Of a DNA stretch of 64,000 nucleotides, positions 39,165-52,496 are shown piece by piece. The position numbers and the translations under genes were made by a program. Every line of letters begins with the position of its first letter. Position 1 is the first letter of the stretch. Below the pieces are notes generated by a model. The model did no database searches and was not told the origin of the DNA. It worked only from the letters and a program-made list of their open reading frames with translations. This DNA comes from Paramecium tetraurelia (Eukaryota): the NCBI GenBank assembly GCA_000165425.1, contig CT868096.1:558001-622000 (forward strand). The letters run 5' to 3'.

Positions 39165-40628
39165 TCATTTTCCATTCTTACTTGACCATTATGTTGATGT
39201 CTAATTTCTATAATTGTAAGTCTCCTTTGGTGGGGTCGAAATGAATTAATTCGAATACATTGGGCCGAGACTCTCTTGACTATAGATACATCTATTAGAT
39301 CTCAATTGCATTCCAAAAGAGTTTTGTCTATCCTGAAATTGAAAGGAATTCCGATCATTTTAAAAAAAATTATCCTATTGAATTAGTTGATTCCCTTAAG
39401 ATACTAAGCCCTAATTGAATTATCTTGAAAATTAGTTGGAACCCAAGGGTTAACTTAGATATTGTTATTCATTTTATGACAATAACTAATTTTGATATTG
39501 GTGTGATGATTATAATTGTTATGATTATTAGGCTTCTATTTTTTATTAAGATTCTTGCTCTTGCTTCTTATTTGTTTCAAACTTCTTAGCCATCAACTTT
39601 TTTTATCTTTTCACTTTTTTAGAAACAGGCAAATCTTCATCTTTTTGATAAGCAGGAGCCATTTCAAGAATTTATTCAACAATAAAGTTGTAATTTTTTT
39701 CTTGCTAATTTAATTGTTACTCAAACTTTGTCAACTCAATGTATTTTTGGTTCACTGCAAACAATGTCAAGTTGTGAGATACATTAATAAAGGCTGGCTC
39801 TATTCTTCTGAAAAGTTCGCCAAATTTGTCCTCTTTGATAAACTCACCTATTTTTTCGAACTTTTAAATGTTTCTCAATAATTTGATTGTGTAGAAGGCT
39901 GATAATGTTAGGAATAACAACTCTCTTTTATAAAGTGCAATATCAGGAATGAACTCCGCCTGTATTTTGAGAAAATCTTTAAAATAATGAAAAGCACAAA
40001 TCCTAACTCGATTTAATAAGGTTACTTAATCTCTTGTGAATAATTGGGCTGTAACTTTTTGCCGTAATCAAATTGCAGATTCAATAAATGCCAATACACC
40101 AATTCCAATTCATTGAACTCCATCATCTTGCATAATCCTAAGTGAATTTTGTAGCGATAACTTTACTCGTCACTTGAGATTACTTTGAGGAGATGGTTTG
40201 ATACAAATGAGAATTCTAATAAGTTTGAATGCATTTCATATACATTTATATAAAACAGTATTTGCTAGTTCACCATAATCAAGTTATTTGATCTTTATGC
40301 CTAGCACTTCTTTTATTATCACAAATACCAATATTCGTAGCTTCCTAACTTTCTTCCACTTTTTAAGCTTATTTTGAAGGCTCCATTAAATTCAGAAATT
40401 AAAACTTGTTAATCGGGATGTAAATAAACACAATATTCTTTAATATTTAATATCAATTTGATTTTGTAATCGTTTGGATCCTTGGGGTTAAAATATTCTA
40501 TCAACTTATTATTTTAATTATAATAAAGGACTACATTCACATTCCATGCTGCTTTTCAAATCATTTTAATTTTGGCTAACATTTTACTATTTTCTCAATT
40601 TCATATAGTAATCCTGTAATCTAACCAT
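39165..40628 (-). CDS. Hypothetical protein with Gln/Asn/Ser-rich C-terminus
   Basis: Coding-like code-6 frames ending ...WSSKNGK*; exon structure of the 5' half is uncertain. Confidence 0.55.
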
Positions 40629-40705
40629 CAATATATTTGTACTTTGTAGTTTAAATCAATGCTAAGGAATTAATCAATTATTTTTATTAAATATTAATAT
40701 TATAG

Positions 40706-41295
40706 ATGAACCTCGATTACACTAAGATATAGGACAATGTCAATAAATATAGATATGGAGTGAAGATAGGTAACTACAATGAGGAAACTTTTGGGATGGA
40801 TGTGAAATAAGTACATTTCTATATCAACATAATATTAGAATGCTCATAAAATCCCCAATAGTACAATGAAAGATACATTCGGACTGTAAAACACTTTGCT
40901 CAATATGCCAAGACAATAAGAAACAGAAGCAGAGAAAGAATATTATGAATAAACAACCTTTAGTCATGGTGGGTTACAGAATCATTTATTACTTGGTCAT
41001 GGTTAATAATCTTATGTAAACAAATGAATTAAATAAATAGTTTGAAACAAGACAATTAACATCAACTTATGATCTATCACATAATTAGCAAGTCAGACCT
41101 TAAGTGTAAATATATTCAAAATATGAACCCGACAAAACTCAATTTTAATAACAATAAAAAAAAGTTGAAGTGACAGATAAAGTGCAACATGTAGTCCCAG
41201 ATTTGCAATAAGCTAATCAAGAAAGGCTGGTAAAAAAGAAAGAGTTCACAAATACATTTAACGATAATTATAAAAAAATTCCATTAAGAAAATGA
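40706..41295 (+). CDS. CFAP107: CFAP107-like ciliary microtubule inner protein
   Basis: YRYGVKIGNYNEETFG (NWE module with W to Y), then GGLQNHLLLGHG and LTSTYDLSHN, matching the CFAP107 GL..HL..H / ISTYD motifs. Confidence 0.7.
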
Positions 41296-41580
41296 ATTAT
41301 ATTAAAAGAATTTATCATTTACATATAAATTTTATATTCAATTGTTCAAATATATAAATTAAGTTAAACCTTAATTAATTAGTGCCGAAGATGCACATTT
41401 TAATTCAATTTTGAGTAGAAAATGATAAGTAATATTATTATGGATAGATATAAGTAAATTTAGAAAAATCAATGAAATGATTAGAAATTATACTTCCATT
41501 AAACTTAAAATAATGACACTAATATTAGAATGCAAACAGAGTAGATTTATAATATTGTACTTTATGCTAAAATATTATTC

Positions 41581-42196
41581 TCATTCTTCTTTGTTTGGCT
41601 TTACTCTCTTTGCATTCTTTCTCTTTCTTCTTCCTTCTCTGCCTTAACCAAATGGTGAGGTAACAGCAAAATCAACCAATTTTTCTGATTCTACTCTTAC
41701 CAAAAAGGATGGAGAATTGACTAATCTTTTTCCTACTCTAATAATAAATAAATTGGATTAAGTACCTAAAGTGTCGCTATCTAATCAAAGTTCTAGCATG
41801 ATGAATTGATGATGCTTGATTGCTTTTGAATACAAAGGTTTAAAGTCTTCTTTCCATCATTTTTTAAGTTGTCAAACCAAGGACATAATCCAACTTTCTC
41901 TCTTATTCAGACAACAAACCAAATCTAACCATTCTTCTGATTAATGCTTCTCCTTCAAATAATCTTCTTGGATCCTTTGGGTCAAGAGTCAACAATTCTC
42001 TTGCAGCCTTTCTAATTCTAGCCAAAGTAAGTTAGACTCTCCAGACTTCTCTTTTGTTCTTTAATCCATACTTACCAATAATTTACAATCTAAAAATGGA
42101 TGATTATTAAAATTACTCATTGTCAAGACGTTCCTTTTCGAAAGGCTTTCTTGGTGTAGCTGATGTCTTTGATCGATTTCTGTAATTCTTGCCCAT
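41581..42196 (-). CDS. RPS9: 40S ribosomal protein S9 (uS4)
   Basis: [39 protein letters not shown]...RRLQT...[13 protein letters not shown]; two introns. Confidence 0.98.
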
Positions 42197-42327
42197 AATA
42201 AAAAGATTTAAATATATTTAAATTTATTCACAATTAAATAAATCCCTCTGTTCATAATTGTTATATCACTTGAATACTCAAATATTTGATTTTGTGAATT
42301 ATTGCAAAAATACGATGATATTAATAA

Positions 42328-43329
42328 ATGTATATAATAATTGCATTAGGAATTATACTCTCATTGTGTTTCATCATTCAGCTAACGAAGATTAATCCTG
42401 GCAAAAAGTTCTTTCTAATAGATATATTTTTGGTAGTATTAGTAGGAATGATAATGTATGATGAGTCAATTTACAAATTTAATGATTTCGCAGAGTAATT
42501 GCAAATTGCATTCCAAAAACAATATCCTATTGAATATAAATTGGATGAACTGATACAGAAAAACAACTTACAAAATCACTCATTTCATTTATATTATGGG
42601 ATGCCTTCAGAGGGAATTTCAACCTTCTTCAAATTTGTGATCAATAAATCGTTAAAAGAAAAGAAGTAAGCCATCTATATAGACATTCAATCTGAAGTGC
42701 AAACATAAGAGCAGGCCTTGTAACTTTTTAAGGCTCCAAACTTGAATGAATTGATTCTATTCACAAAAATAAAACCAACGATAATTGCCATCGATAATCT
42801 AGATTTATCCCTAACTAAGAAATAATGCTATATTTGTCAAATCTTAAGCAGTCTACATTAATTTAATTCAACTACTATTATAGCAAGTGCCAAGAATCTA
42901 AAGAAACTTAATTTAATGCTAGATGATTATAATATTAATGTAATGGAGATCAAGTAATATCAACATGGGAGATAAAACAATTTCAGATTTGATTGGTATG
43001 AACAATCATTGAAAAACAATAAAAGATATGAAGGTAACTGATTGATTATATGATTTACAGACTTTGTGCTACAAAAACAAAGGGAATTTGTTTCAGAACT
43101 TAATGAGAATGAATTGCAATTGATGAAGACTATCAGAAATTAGATGTGCAAAGTTAAATGCGAAAATTAAGAAGTCAGATTGGATGATGTGTATATATGA
43201 GTATAAATTAATAGAACTTATCAATTTGGAGATTTAAAGAATTTGGTTGATAAAAATATTGTAATAGCTACTTTTGGATAGTTGAAATTTTATAATAGCT
43301 TTATATTTGATTCATTATCGAATTTATGA
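42328..43329 (+). CDS. Two-TM membrane-anchored P-loop NTPase-like protein with degenerate Walker A
   Basis: Two N-terminal hydrophobic helices, FHLYYGMPSEGISTFFK, KPTIIAIDNLD, IIASA, C-terminal DLKNLVDKNIV; tiny introns. Confidence 0.6.
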
Positions 43330-43339
43330 TAAACCATCA

Positions 43340-44102
43340 TCAATATATAACAAGAAAAACAAAAATCATAAATTCTATTATGATGGTTGTCCATAAACAA
43401 CAATCATTAGTGTATGATAACAGACTGTTAAGATTAGAATCAGTAACTTTGATTTCATGAGTGGCTTGTTCAACCTAAGGTTAAAATCACTTTTACATTT
43501 TCATTCAATCTTCTTAAAATAACTTGATCCTCCTATAAAGCATTATTAATATGTTTGGCATTAACTTACATTCTCCCTGTTGTGTCAATCATTTAGTCTA
43601 TGGTATTGTTTTGTTTTTCAACTAGCTATTTTTACATCTAAACCATTTCAACGTTAGACCTAGAACTAAAATCAATGTTTGCTTCTGGGGTATCCTAAAA
43701 TTAAGATTAAATATATATCATATATTACCATTTTGAAAACTTATTTGATATCCAGTGCTTTTCTATACTTTTCTGACTTATTTTATAATTCATCCAATAA
43801 ATCCTTTGATTTCTAGATATCAGTTTGAGAGCTAGTTGATTTAAATAGAATACAGATTCGATGATTTATTTAATAACATCCTTGCTTATTTAATCGAATC
43901 ATTAATGGCTTCAATCTATGTTGCCAGTTGCCTATCTACCTAAGAAAATCTAATTTCAAAATACCATTTGTACAGATTAATTAGTTTATAATTTTAGGTT
44001 TCTCTAATTAACAGCCTCAGAAATAGTCGCATCCATTTTTCTAACCTGTTCAATCAGATCTTAGACTTTTGAGCCTCCATCTAAAGAAGTATAATAATTC
44101 AT
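43340..44102 (-). CDS. Tail-anchored Qc-type SNARE (syntaxin-8/Use1-like)
   Basis: SNARE heptad QNNTIDQMIDTTGRMQVNAKHINNALQEDQVILRRLNENVEQATHEIK then CCLWTTIIIEFMIFVFLVIY*; three tiny introns. Confidence 0.75.
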
Positions 44103-44130
44103 AAATATAAAATATTTATTATAAATAGTA

Positions 44131-44564
44131 ATGCAATAACAGACAAAAATCTGTTTTTCGTAAGCATTATTCAAAGAATAACTTACAAAGTGGTGTTTAA
44201 TTAACAATGATTCTAAACTATACAACTTTTATTCAATCTGGAGACAGATATCAGTGGAATATACCCAAAAATAAAAAGAATTAGTTAGGTTGGATAAAGT
44301 TAATTTGAATATTTGAATGATGTTATTTATTATTTCTATTAATTAAGATCAGAATCTATGCTAGATCTTAATTAATATCTAGATTTTATTGGAAATTTAG
44401 GATAATTGAGCATTAATATTATAAACTATCTAAATGAAAATAAGTTTACTTAGTCTAAAATGTTATTTATGATAAGGGTACTTCGTTAGTTTATAAGTGG
44501 ATTGCTATTTAAATTTAAAATCGAGTACTCTCTTATTACCCATAAGTTTTAGATGTCAATGTGA
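44131..44564 (+). CDS. Possible small hypothetical gene or remnant
   Basis: Two coding-like code-6 frames that I could not join with a canonical-size intron. Confidence 0.3.
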
Positions 44565-44619
44565 ATATTATAATTATGTATTGATGTTATAATGATAAAA
44601 ATAAATTAATTTTATAAAA

Positions 44620-46530
44620 ATGATGAATTTAAAACCACCTAAAAGTTAAACTGATAGTGCATCGGATAATGGTAGTGTTAACAAAATCAGTGACAAACAA
44701 AAGATATCGACTCTCAGAAAGGCAGTATTGGATTTAAGGGAAGAGAAATCTCAATTAATGAAGCAGATAGCAGAATTAACACTAAAAAATAATGAACTAA
44801 TTAAGGAAAGAGAAGATATAGTATGATTAAAATTAATAATTGTAGGAAGAGAAGCATAATACTATGATGAGGGATTATTAACGTTAATCAACAATGGTAA
44901 TCATAAACTATTGCAATTTAGAATTCCTCTAGTTTAACGCAGTCTTTTCATCAAACAGAACCTATTCATACTAGTGGTGATTAATCTAAATAAATAACTA
45001 AATTCAAACAGTAAAGATTTTACATATTGCAAGAGAATTAGAGTCAACCATTGCTAATTATGAAGCTCGATTTTCTATTTTGTAAACTGCCTATAAGGAG
45101 ATAGAACGTGATTTGAAGAACAAAGAGATATAAAATTAGAAATTGATGAAGGATGCTGATGAAAAGACAGCATTAAATAATTAACTCAAAAAGAACATAG
45201 AAGATATTGAGAGAGATTTATTTAACAAAATTAAGGATTTAAAAGCTGAGAAGTTGGAAATTCAATTGAAATTGAAGACTTTAGATAAGGATATGCAATA
45301 GAAAGATGAAGAATTGAGAGTGTTACATAAAGGATTGGATGATTCTAGATTTACAGTGGCTCAACTATAAGGAGAACTTGAAGAAACGAGGGGCAAGTTT
45401 CTTCAATATAAACTCATTTTGCATAATTAATTTTTGGATATTGATTGTCTATTTATCTTAAGACAAAATCTGTTTAATGATTACATATTCGAAATAGAAA
45501 CAGCAGCTTAGAAATTCTAATATAAGGCTACTGACATTACAGATTTGAAGATTAAGGATGAATCCTCATTTCTTTTGACTGTTAAATCAAGAAGCAAAGA
45601 AGAAATCTTCAAAATTACACCCAATCAGGATTTAAAGAAGATTTGTAAATCAATTAAGTATCAATTAATTAATTTCTATTATAGAAACTTTCTATTAAAA
45701 GTTTAGCAATACTAAATCAATTAGTAGCAGACTCAAGTACAGAGTCCAAGAAACAATGGTCTCTTGGGTGGACTCATGTCTATTTTTGGAGGTAGTACAT
45801 CATCAAAAAGTGGAAGCAACACAAATAGTGAAATAAAACAAAAATGATATTTTTATAATCTAACATATTATATGAGTTAAGAAGAAGAAAACAATGACAT
45901 TGATGTTCAAGCTTTGTTAGCTAGCATTAATGCCAATTTTGAAAATGAGCAATTACTTAATGAGGCGAAAACCCAAGTATAAGAAGTGCATTAGCATATT
46001 GAGAATTTGTAATAAGGTCCCAGTGAATCCATTGTAATTGTTAGAGATCAACCAATTTAAAAAGAATAGGAATTAGTTGATCCAGTAATAGAATTATTGA
46101 ATAGAGTTGAAATTCAAAATAGTTTATTGACCAATCCTGAAATTAATTAGCATCAATTAGGTAAATTCTATTTTGATAAAAAGAGACTGGTCCATTACAA
46201 TCCATCATTTAGTAAATAAAGGAGAAATCTGATAAACAACAAGAAACTATCATTAAAAGGCAGAGAAACATATGTTGTCAAATAATTGATATAAGAAATT
46301 TGTCGAATTAATTAGTTAATGTTTAAATTAACAATCATGGAATTATGAAAATGAAATTGAATGATTTTAAAAACAAACAAAAAGCAATAGATTAGTTAGA
46401 TGTTTAAGTTTTTAAGACAAAAGGATATGTTTTATCGATTATTGAAAGATTGGAAATTATGGAACAGAATTTAGATTACAAGATAGATGCGTATGCTAAA
46501 TAGAAGGTGCAGTAACTAGCAATAAAATGA
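44620..46530 (+). CDS. Hypothetical long coiled-coil protein
   Basis: MMNLKPPKS...KISTLRKAVLDLREEK; extended heptads flanking a central beta-rich segment; tiny introns. Confidence 0.7.
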
Positions 46531-46635
46531 TGATAAAATAACTTATATTCACATTTTTTGTATTGGAGAAATATTTAACATTTTATAATTATTTCTTTTT
46601 TATTATAACTAATTCTCCTATATTTATTTAAAAAT

Positions 46636-47695
46636 ATGAATATAATTTCTAACAAAACCTACACAGATGTGAAAGTTGAAGAATATGAGCAGAATGGATG
46701 GAATTTCATCTTCACAAAAGCTGGTATGTATAACACTTCTGATCTGGATATGCTTCAAGATGCATTGACTCTACAAGGTATACCAGATATTACCAATGGG
46801 AATAATTGTGCTTTAATCTATAATAAATAATTCAATTTTGGTTTCTTTGTTAATCCCAAAGATTCACTCTATCTATGCAACTATTAACAAAGATAGCACA
46901 ATTACTTGGACATCAAGAGTCAATTCAGAACCAACAAAATCAATTACATATCTATCATACCCGAATAGACCCAACTCAAACATTCAAATGCTTGGAAATA
47001 GAAATAAAATGAAGAGATCAAAATTTTAAATAAAATATCTGATACTTTCTATTGTTCTCCTTACAAAGGTACTCTAGTAGACGGAGATCAAATTAAATAT
47101 CAATTCCAAAGATTCAAAACCATTGAAGGAGTGAAAGGAAAATCTATTTTTGAAAACCAATTGAACCAAAATGTAATTAAAACTGAATTAGATTACCTTA
47201 CTCATATTTTTTAAAATAAATCTTTATAATTTTATTGTGAACATACCGAAGAGGAAATACCTTTGAACAATTTGACTTAAGTATATATGTAAAAATAAGA
47301 AAGGAAAATCCCATCAAATGGGCATCCTTCATTACCCTATATGAGGATGAATTAGGAGATAATGGATTCGTCACTTGTGAATTCAGATTCAGAGTTATGG
47401 GAGATTGCTTTTTCGGCTTGATCAGGACCTACCTAAGAGTAGACGATGTTCTAATAAGAATTCTTGATACTCGCATCTATCATCAATTTGAGTGGGATTA
47501 CATTCTGAGAGACTTTACGCATAGAGAAGCAACTTGGGGTATTCATTTGTTTTCTAAGTTTAAGACAACATTTAGAAGAGTGGCTTTTGTTTCTCTCCTT
47601 AGTGGTCGACGGATTAGAATCAATCATTTCTTATCTAGAATTCTGTCCCTGTCTAGTTGCACATTAATGACAAAATTTTTTTTAAGGCTGGATGA
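46636..47695 (+). CDS. TIPRL: TIP41-like PP2A regulator
   Basis: LYEDELGDNG...RVMGDCFFGLIRTYLRVDDVLIRILDTRIYH; multiple tiny introns. Confidence 0.93.
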
Positions 47696-47741
47696 TTGTA
47701 TATTATATAATATAAACATAATATTTTATTTTATATTAAAA

Positions 47742-47957
47742 ATGTCTAAAGAAGGCAGCGCTTTATGGACACCATTCAAAACCACTAAAGAATTTATTGA
47801 AAAAGATTAAAAGATTACAAAAGGATTCATACAAGGGGCATTGTTTGCTGTTATTGGTTACGGAGTTGGATTTGCTTTATTCAAAGGTAAGACACTGAGA
47901 GGCTTTAGTGCTGGTACTGCAGCAACTTGGCGATTTAGAGATTAGATTGAATAATGA
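47742..47957 (+). CDS. 71-aa Gly-rich hairpin membrane protein, Mic10 (MICOS)-like
   Basis: GFIQGALFAVIGYGVGFALFKGKTLRGFSAGTAATW: two Gly-rich hydrophobic segments separated by a basic loop. Confidence 0.5.
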
Positions 47958-48034
47958 TTTAAATAATATATATATTATTAAGCTCAGCATTTGTTTTAGC
48001 ATGTTCATCTGAGCAATAGGAATGTGCAAATCAA

Positions 48035-48310
48035 ATGTATTCCTTTTAATTTGAAGTTCTTGGTAAAGTCTAAGGTGTCTACTTTAGAAAATACACTCAA
48101 CTCAAAGCCCAGGAGTTGGATTTGGTTGGCTGGGTACAAAACACAAAATAAGGCACAGTCATTGGAATAGCATAAGGAAGAAGAACTAATGAACTCAAGG
48201 AATGGCTGAAACATACAGGAAGTCCAAAAAGCGTCATAAAGAAAACAGATTTTAAAAACGATAAAATAATAGACGAATTAGAATATGACTAATTTGATAT
48301 CATTAAATGA
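48035..48310 (+). CDS. ACYP: Acylphosphatase
   Basis: FEVLGKVQGVYFRKYT...GWVQNTKQGTV...WL..TGSPKS; intronless 91 aa. Confidence 0.95.
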
Positions 48311-48317
48311 TAAATAT

Positions 48318-49369
<1,052 letters not shown>

Positions 49370-49589
49370 TGTTTTGATTTGGTAAAATAAAATTCTTTCC
49401 TAAAAGTTTAAGGGTTTCTCTCTTCAACAGAAGTGATTCAGTATGATCCTGCGAGATGTTCTAAGGAGTTCTGTTCGTAATTTGATATAGTTTAAATGAG
49501 CTGTTAACACATAAAAATAATCAAAAAAAAACAAGCCATTATTTGACAATCCTTTCAAATATTACTTAAGCTATTCATTATTTATATTA

Positions 49590-51110
49590 ATGGACAATTC
49601 TGAGTTATACGAGATACAATATATATTTGGCTCTCAAATATTGGATAACAAAATGCAATACTGTGTCAAGTGGAAAAATTATCCCAAATCTCAAAGAACT
49701 TGGGAGCCTATTGAGAATCTAGGAGCTCACAACATCTCCTCTGTTCGAAGATACTAAAGACATGCTGATTACTTTCTCTTTTATTAGTTCATTTACGAAG
49801 GATAAGTAGAAGGATATAGAGTACATTAAAAATAAAATACACTTGAAAAAATTAAAGTCATACCAGACCCACAGGAGGAAGACGAACAAATAGAATAAGC
49901 TAATACAGACAAACTGAACACAACTATCAAGGAGACACTTAACTAAGAGAATATCAAATCAGTATCTACACCCAAAGAAACTACGAAAAAGGTGACTCGA
50001 TCTGGTAGAAAGTAAATTTAACTTAAAGCAGAGGATGAGTCTCTTTCTGATTCTAAGGATTTTGACTTTGGTAAAAGAACCAAGAAATCTAAATCCAAGG
50101 CTAAATCTTCATAATCAAGAAAGAAATCTCCAACTTCAGGAGACAAGTCTAATTAAACCTAACCAAAGAAATCATAATTTGTAAAGTAGGAATAAGTTGA
50201 AACTGATGAAATCAATCATGTCCAACCAAAGTCTTAAGAAAGATAACTAGATTAAGATTAACCAAATGAGGAAAATCTAAGTGAAAAGTCTTAGTCCCAT
50301 AAAGAATAATAAAAAGTACAGACAAGATTAAGAAATACAAGGAATGAAAAATCAGTTGAATAGATCAAGTCTCCAGCTTATTTCAATTAAATTAGAAAAC
50401 TTATTTTATCTTTAAATGAAGATGAAAGATCACTTGTTGCATCCTATATCAATGATAAAATGAAGGACAATATCTTTGAACATCTAGGTGCCTTGTGTGT
50501 ATTGGATTATATGCAGAGAAGAGAAGAAGTTTTGAATGAAATTAAATAACAAGAATATATTTATCCTTTAAAGGGAGAACCTGCTGTTTAACCTAACAAA
50601 TAGAGCAAAAGGGCTAAGAAATTAGAGAAGACATCCATCAAAATGGAATCCTAAAGATCAACTGATATTGCTTGTCCTCCCCAATCTAAAAGGCTGATTA
50701 GACTGTCAGCATTTGAATAAAGGAAGAAATGCATGAAAAAGAAAGATGATCCTTGCAATATGGCAGATTTCTTGGCATCTATAAATTAATTCCCCTAATT
50801 CGGAGTTGTCTCGACTGAAGTTGATTCCAAAAACCTGTATGGATAGATTGGATTTTAAATTGGAGAAGAAATAACTGGACATTATTATGGTGTAAATGCT
50901 AATGAAACTGGTAAGGCTAATGTTTAGTTGTATTTTGTTATGAAATTCAGAAGAGAAGGAGATAAAACATTTTTATACAATCATGTCACCAGAGCTGAAT
51001 GCTAACTCTATGAAAAAGACTTACTCTATGATTATGTCTATAGGAATTAAGAACTACTACCAGAGATGTATAATGATCTTATTGTTAGAAGTGTTTATAA
51101 TTAATAGTGA
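49590..51110 (+). CDS. HP1-like protein: N-terminal chromodomain, long linker, putative chromoshadow-like C-terminus
   Basis: Intronless 506 aa; YEIQYIFG...YCVKWKNYPKSQRTWEPIENL; C-terminal GFQIGEE...LYFVMKFRR...VTRAECQLYEKDLLYDYVY. Confidence 0.85.
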
Positions 51111-51136
51111 CAATTTTAATTTTATTTATTTTTCAT

Positions 51137-51977
51137 ATGTTATCCTATAAATCCTTGTATGGAATTGCTAAATTCAACTAACTCAAAGACTACTATGCCA
51201 TATTAAATATATCTAAAACTAATGATCAACCAACAATCAAAAAAGCCTACTATGCATTAGCTAAGAAATTTCACCCAGATGTTAACCAAGGCAAGGAGGA
51301 TAAATTCAAAGAAGTTAATGAAGCATATGAAGTAATCAATACTCTATTCTCAGGTCTTATCTGATGAAAATACCAAAAAAGAATATGATTCTGCGAGAAC
51401 ACCATAATCCTAAAATAATAATTATAGTTCAACCTATTCATAGCAATAATATTAAGACTCCAGAAAATATTAATCAACTTCTTAGCAAAGATAAAGTTAG
51501 AATTATTAGTATGCTCATTGGTTTTATATATGATAGCCAAAATTCAAATGCCAAAAATCAATTTGACGAAGCAATAAGAAGAGCATAAGAGCATCTTAAT
51601 TAATAATAGAAGTATCAATAATACGAGAGAATGAAGGCTCAGTAAGAGTATGAAGAGAGAATCAGATAGGAAGAAATGTATGCAAGAGCAAAAGATTAAT
51701 AATATAAGGAGTTTGCACAAAGATATTACAATGAAAATAAAAGAAAAACATTTTATTCACATTAGGAAAAGTAGGCATATGAAGCATTCGTTCGACAAAG
51801 AGAGTTTGAAGAATCTATCAAAGAAAAGATTGTATTTAAATAAAATATACTTAGCAAGATTTTAAATAAAAGGGACAATAAGTTATGGGTGGATTTTAAA
51901 ATATTTCTAAGAACTTAGGTGATATAAAAGAAAATTTAGGCTCTATTTGGAATACTATTAAAGGAAAAAATAGATGA
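51137..51977 (+). CDS. DnaJ (J-domain) protein
   Basis: KDYYAILNI...[17 protein letters not shown]...[13 protein letters not shown]; two tiny introns. Confidence 0.93.
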
Positions 51978-52496
51978 ATTATTAATTATTTATATTTTGA
52001 ATTCATTTCTTATACTATATACATTTAATCAAAATTCTTTATTGTATCATCATACTCTGAAAGATTTCTAATATATTAAAAATAAAAATATCTAGTAAAT
52101 TTGATTATTTATGGATTATTAAGAATTTTATAAGAGAAGAAAAATGCTTTTATTTTTTTTAGATTGGAAAAGGTTTCAACATAAACTTTTGTATTTATTA
52201 TAGTTAGAATAATCTTCACTTATTTGGATAATATCATAAAATTACTGATAGACTCAAATATTTAATAAGGAAAATTTCTAATGACAAAAATAATTCTACT
52301 TTGAAAAATAAATGAAAGTGATTAAAATAACAAGTTTATCTATATTTACAAAAAATAAATTCAAGTATCTGATGAACCAAAAAATAAACCATTAAATGAA
52401 ATTTATAATGTGTTGTTTCTAAACTATAAGTTTTATTATTTCAATAGGACAGAATTTTGGTTAACATAATTTAAGATCAAATACATTTTATTCATA

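Noticed and set aside
47982..48014. GCTCAG...CTGAGC hairpin as a SECIS element or snoRNA
   Set aside because: Spacing is too short for a SECIS, there are no clear C/D or H/ACA boxes, and no adjacent selenoprotein
48005..48214. 69-aa minus-strand ORF
   Set aside because: Antisense to a clear acylphosphatase gene
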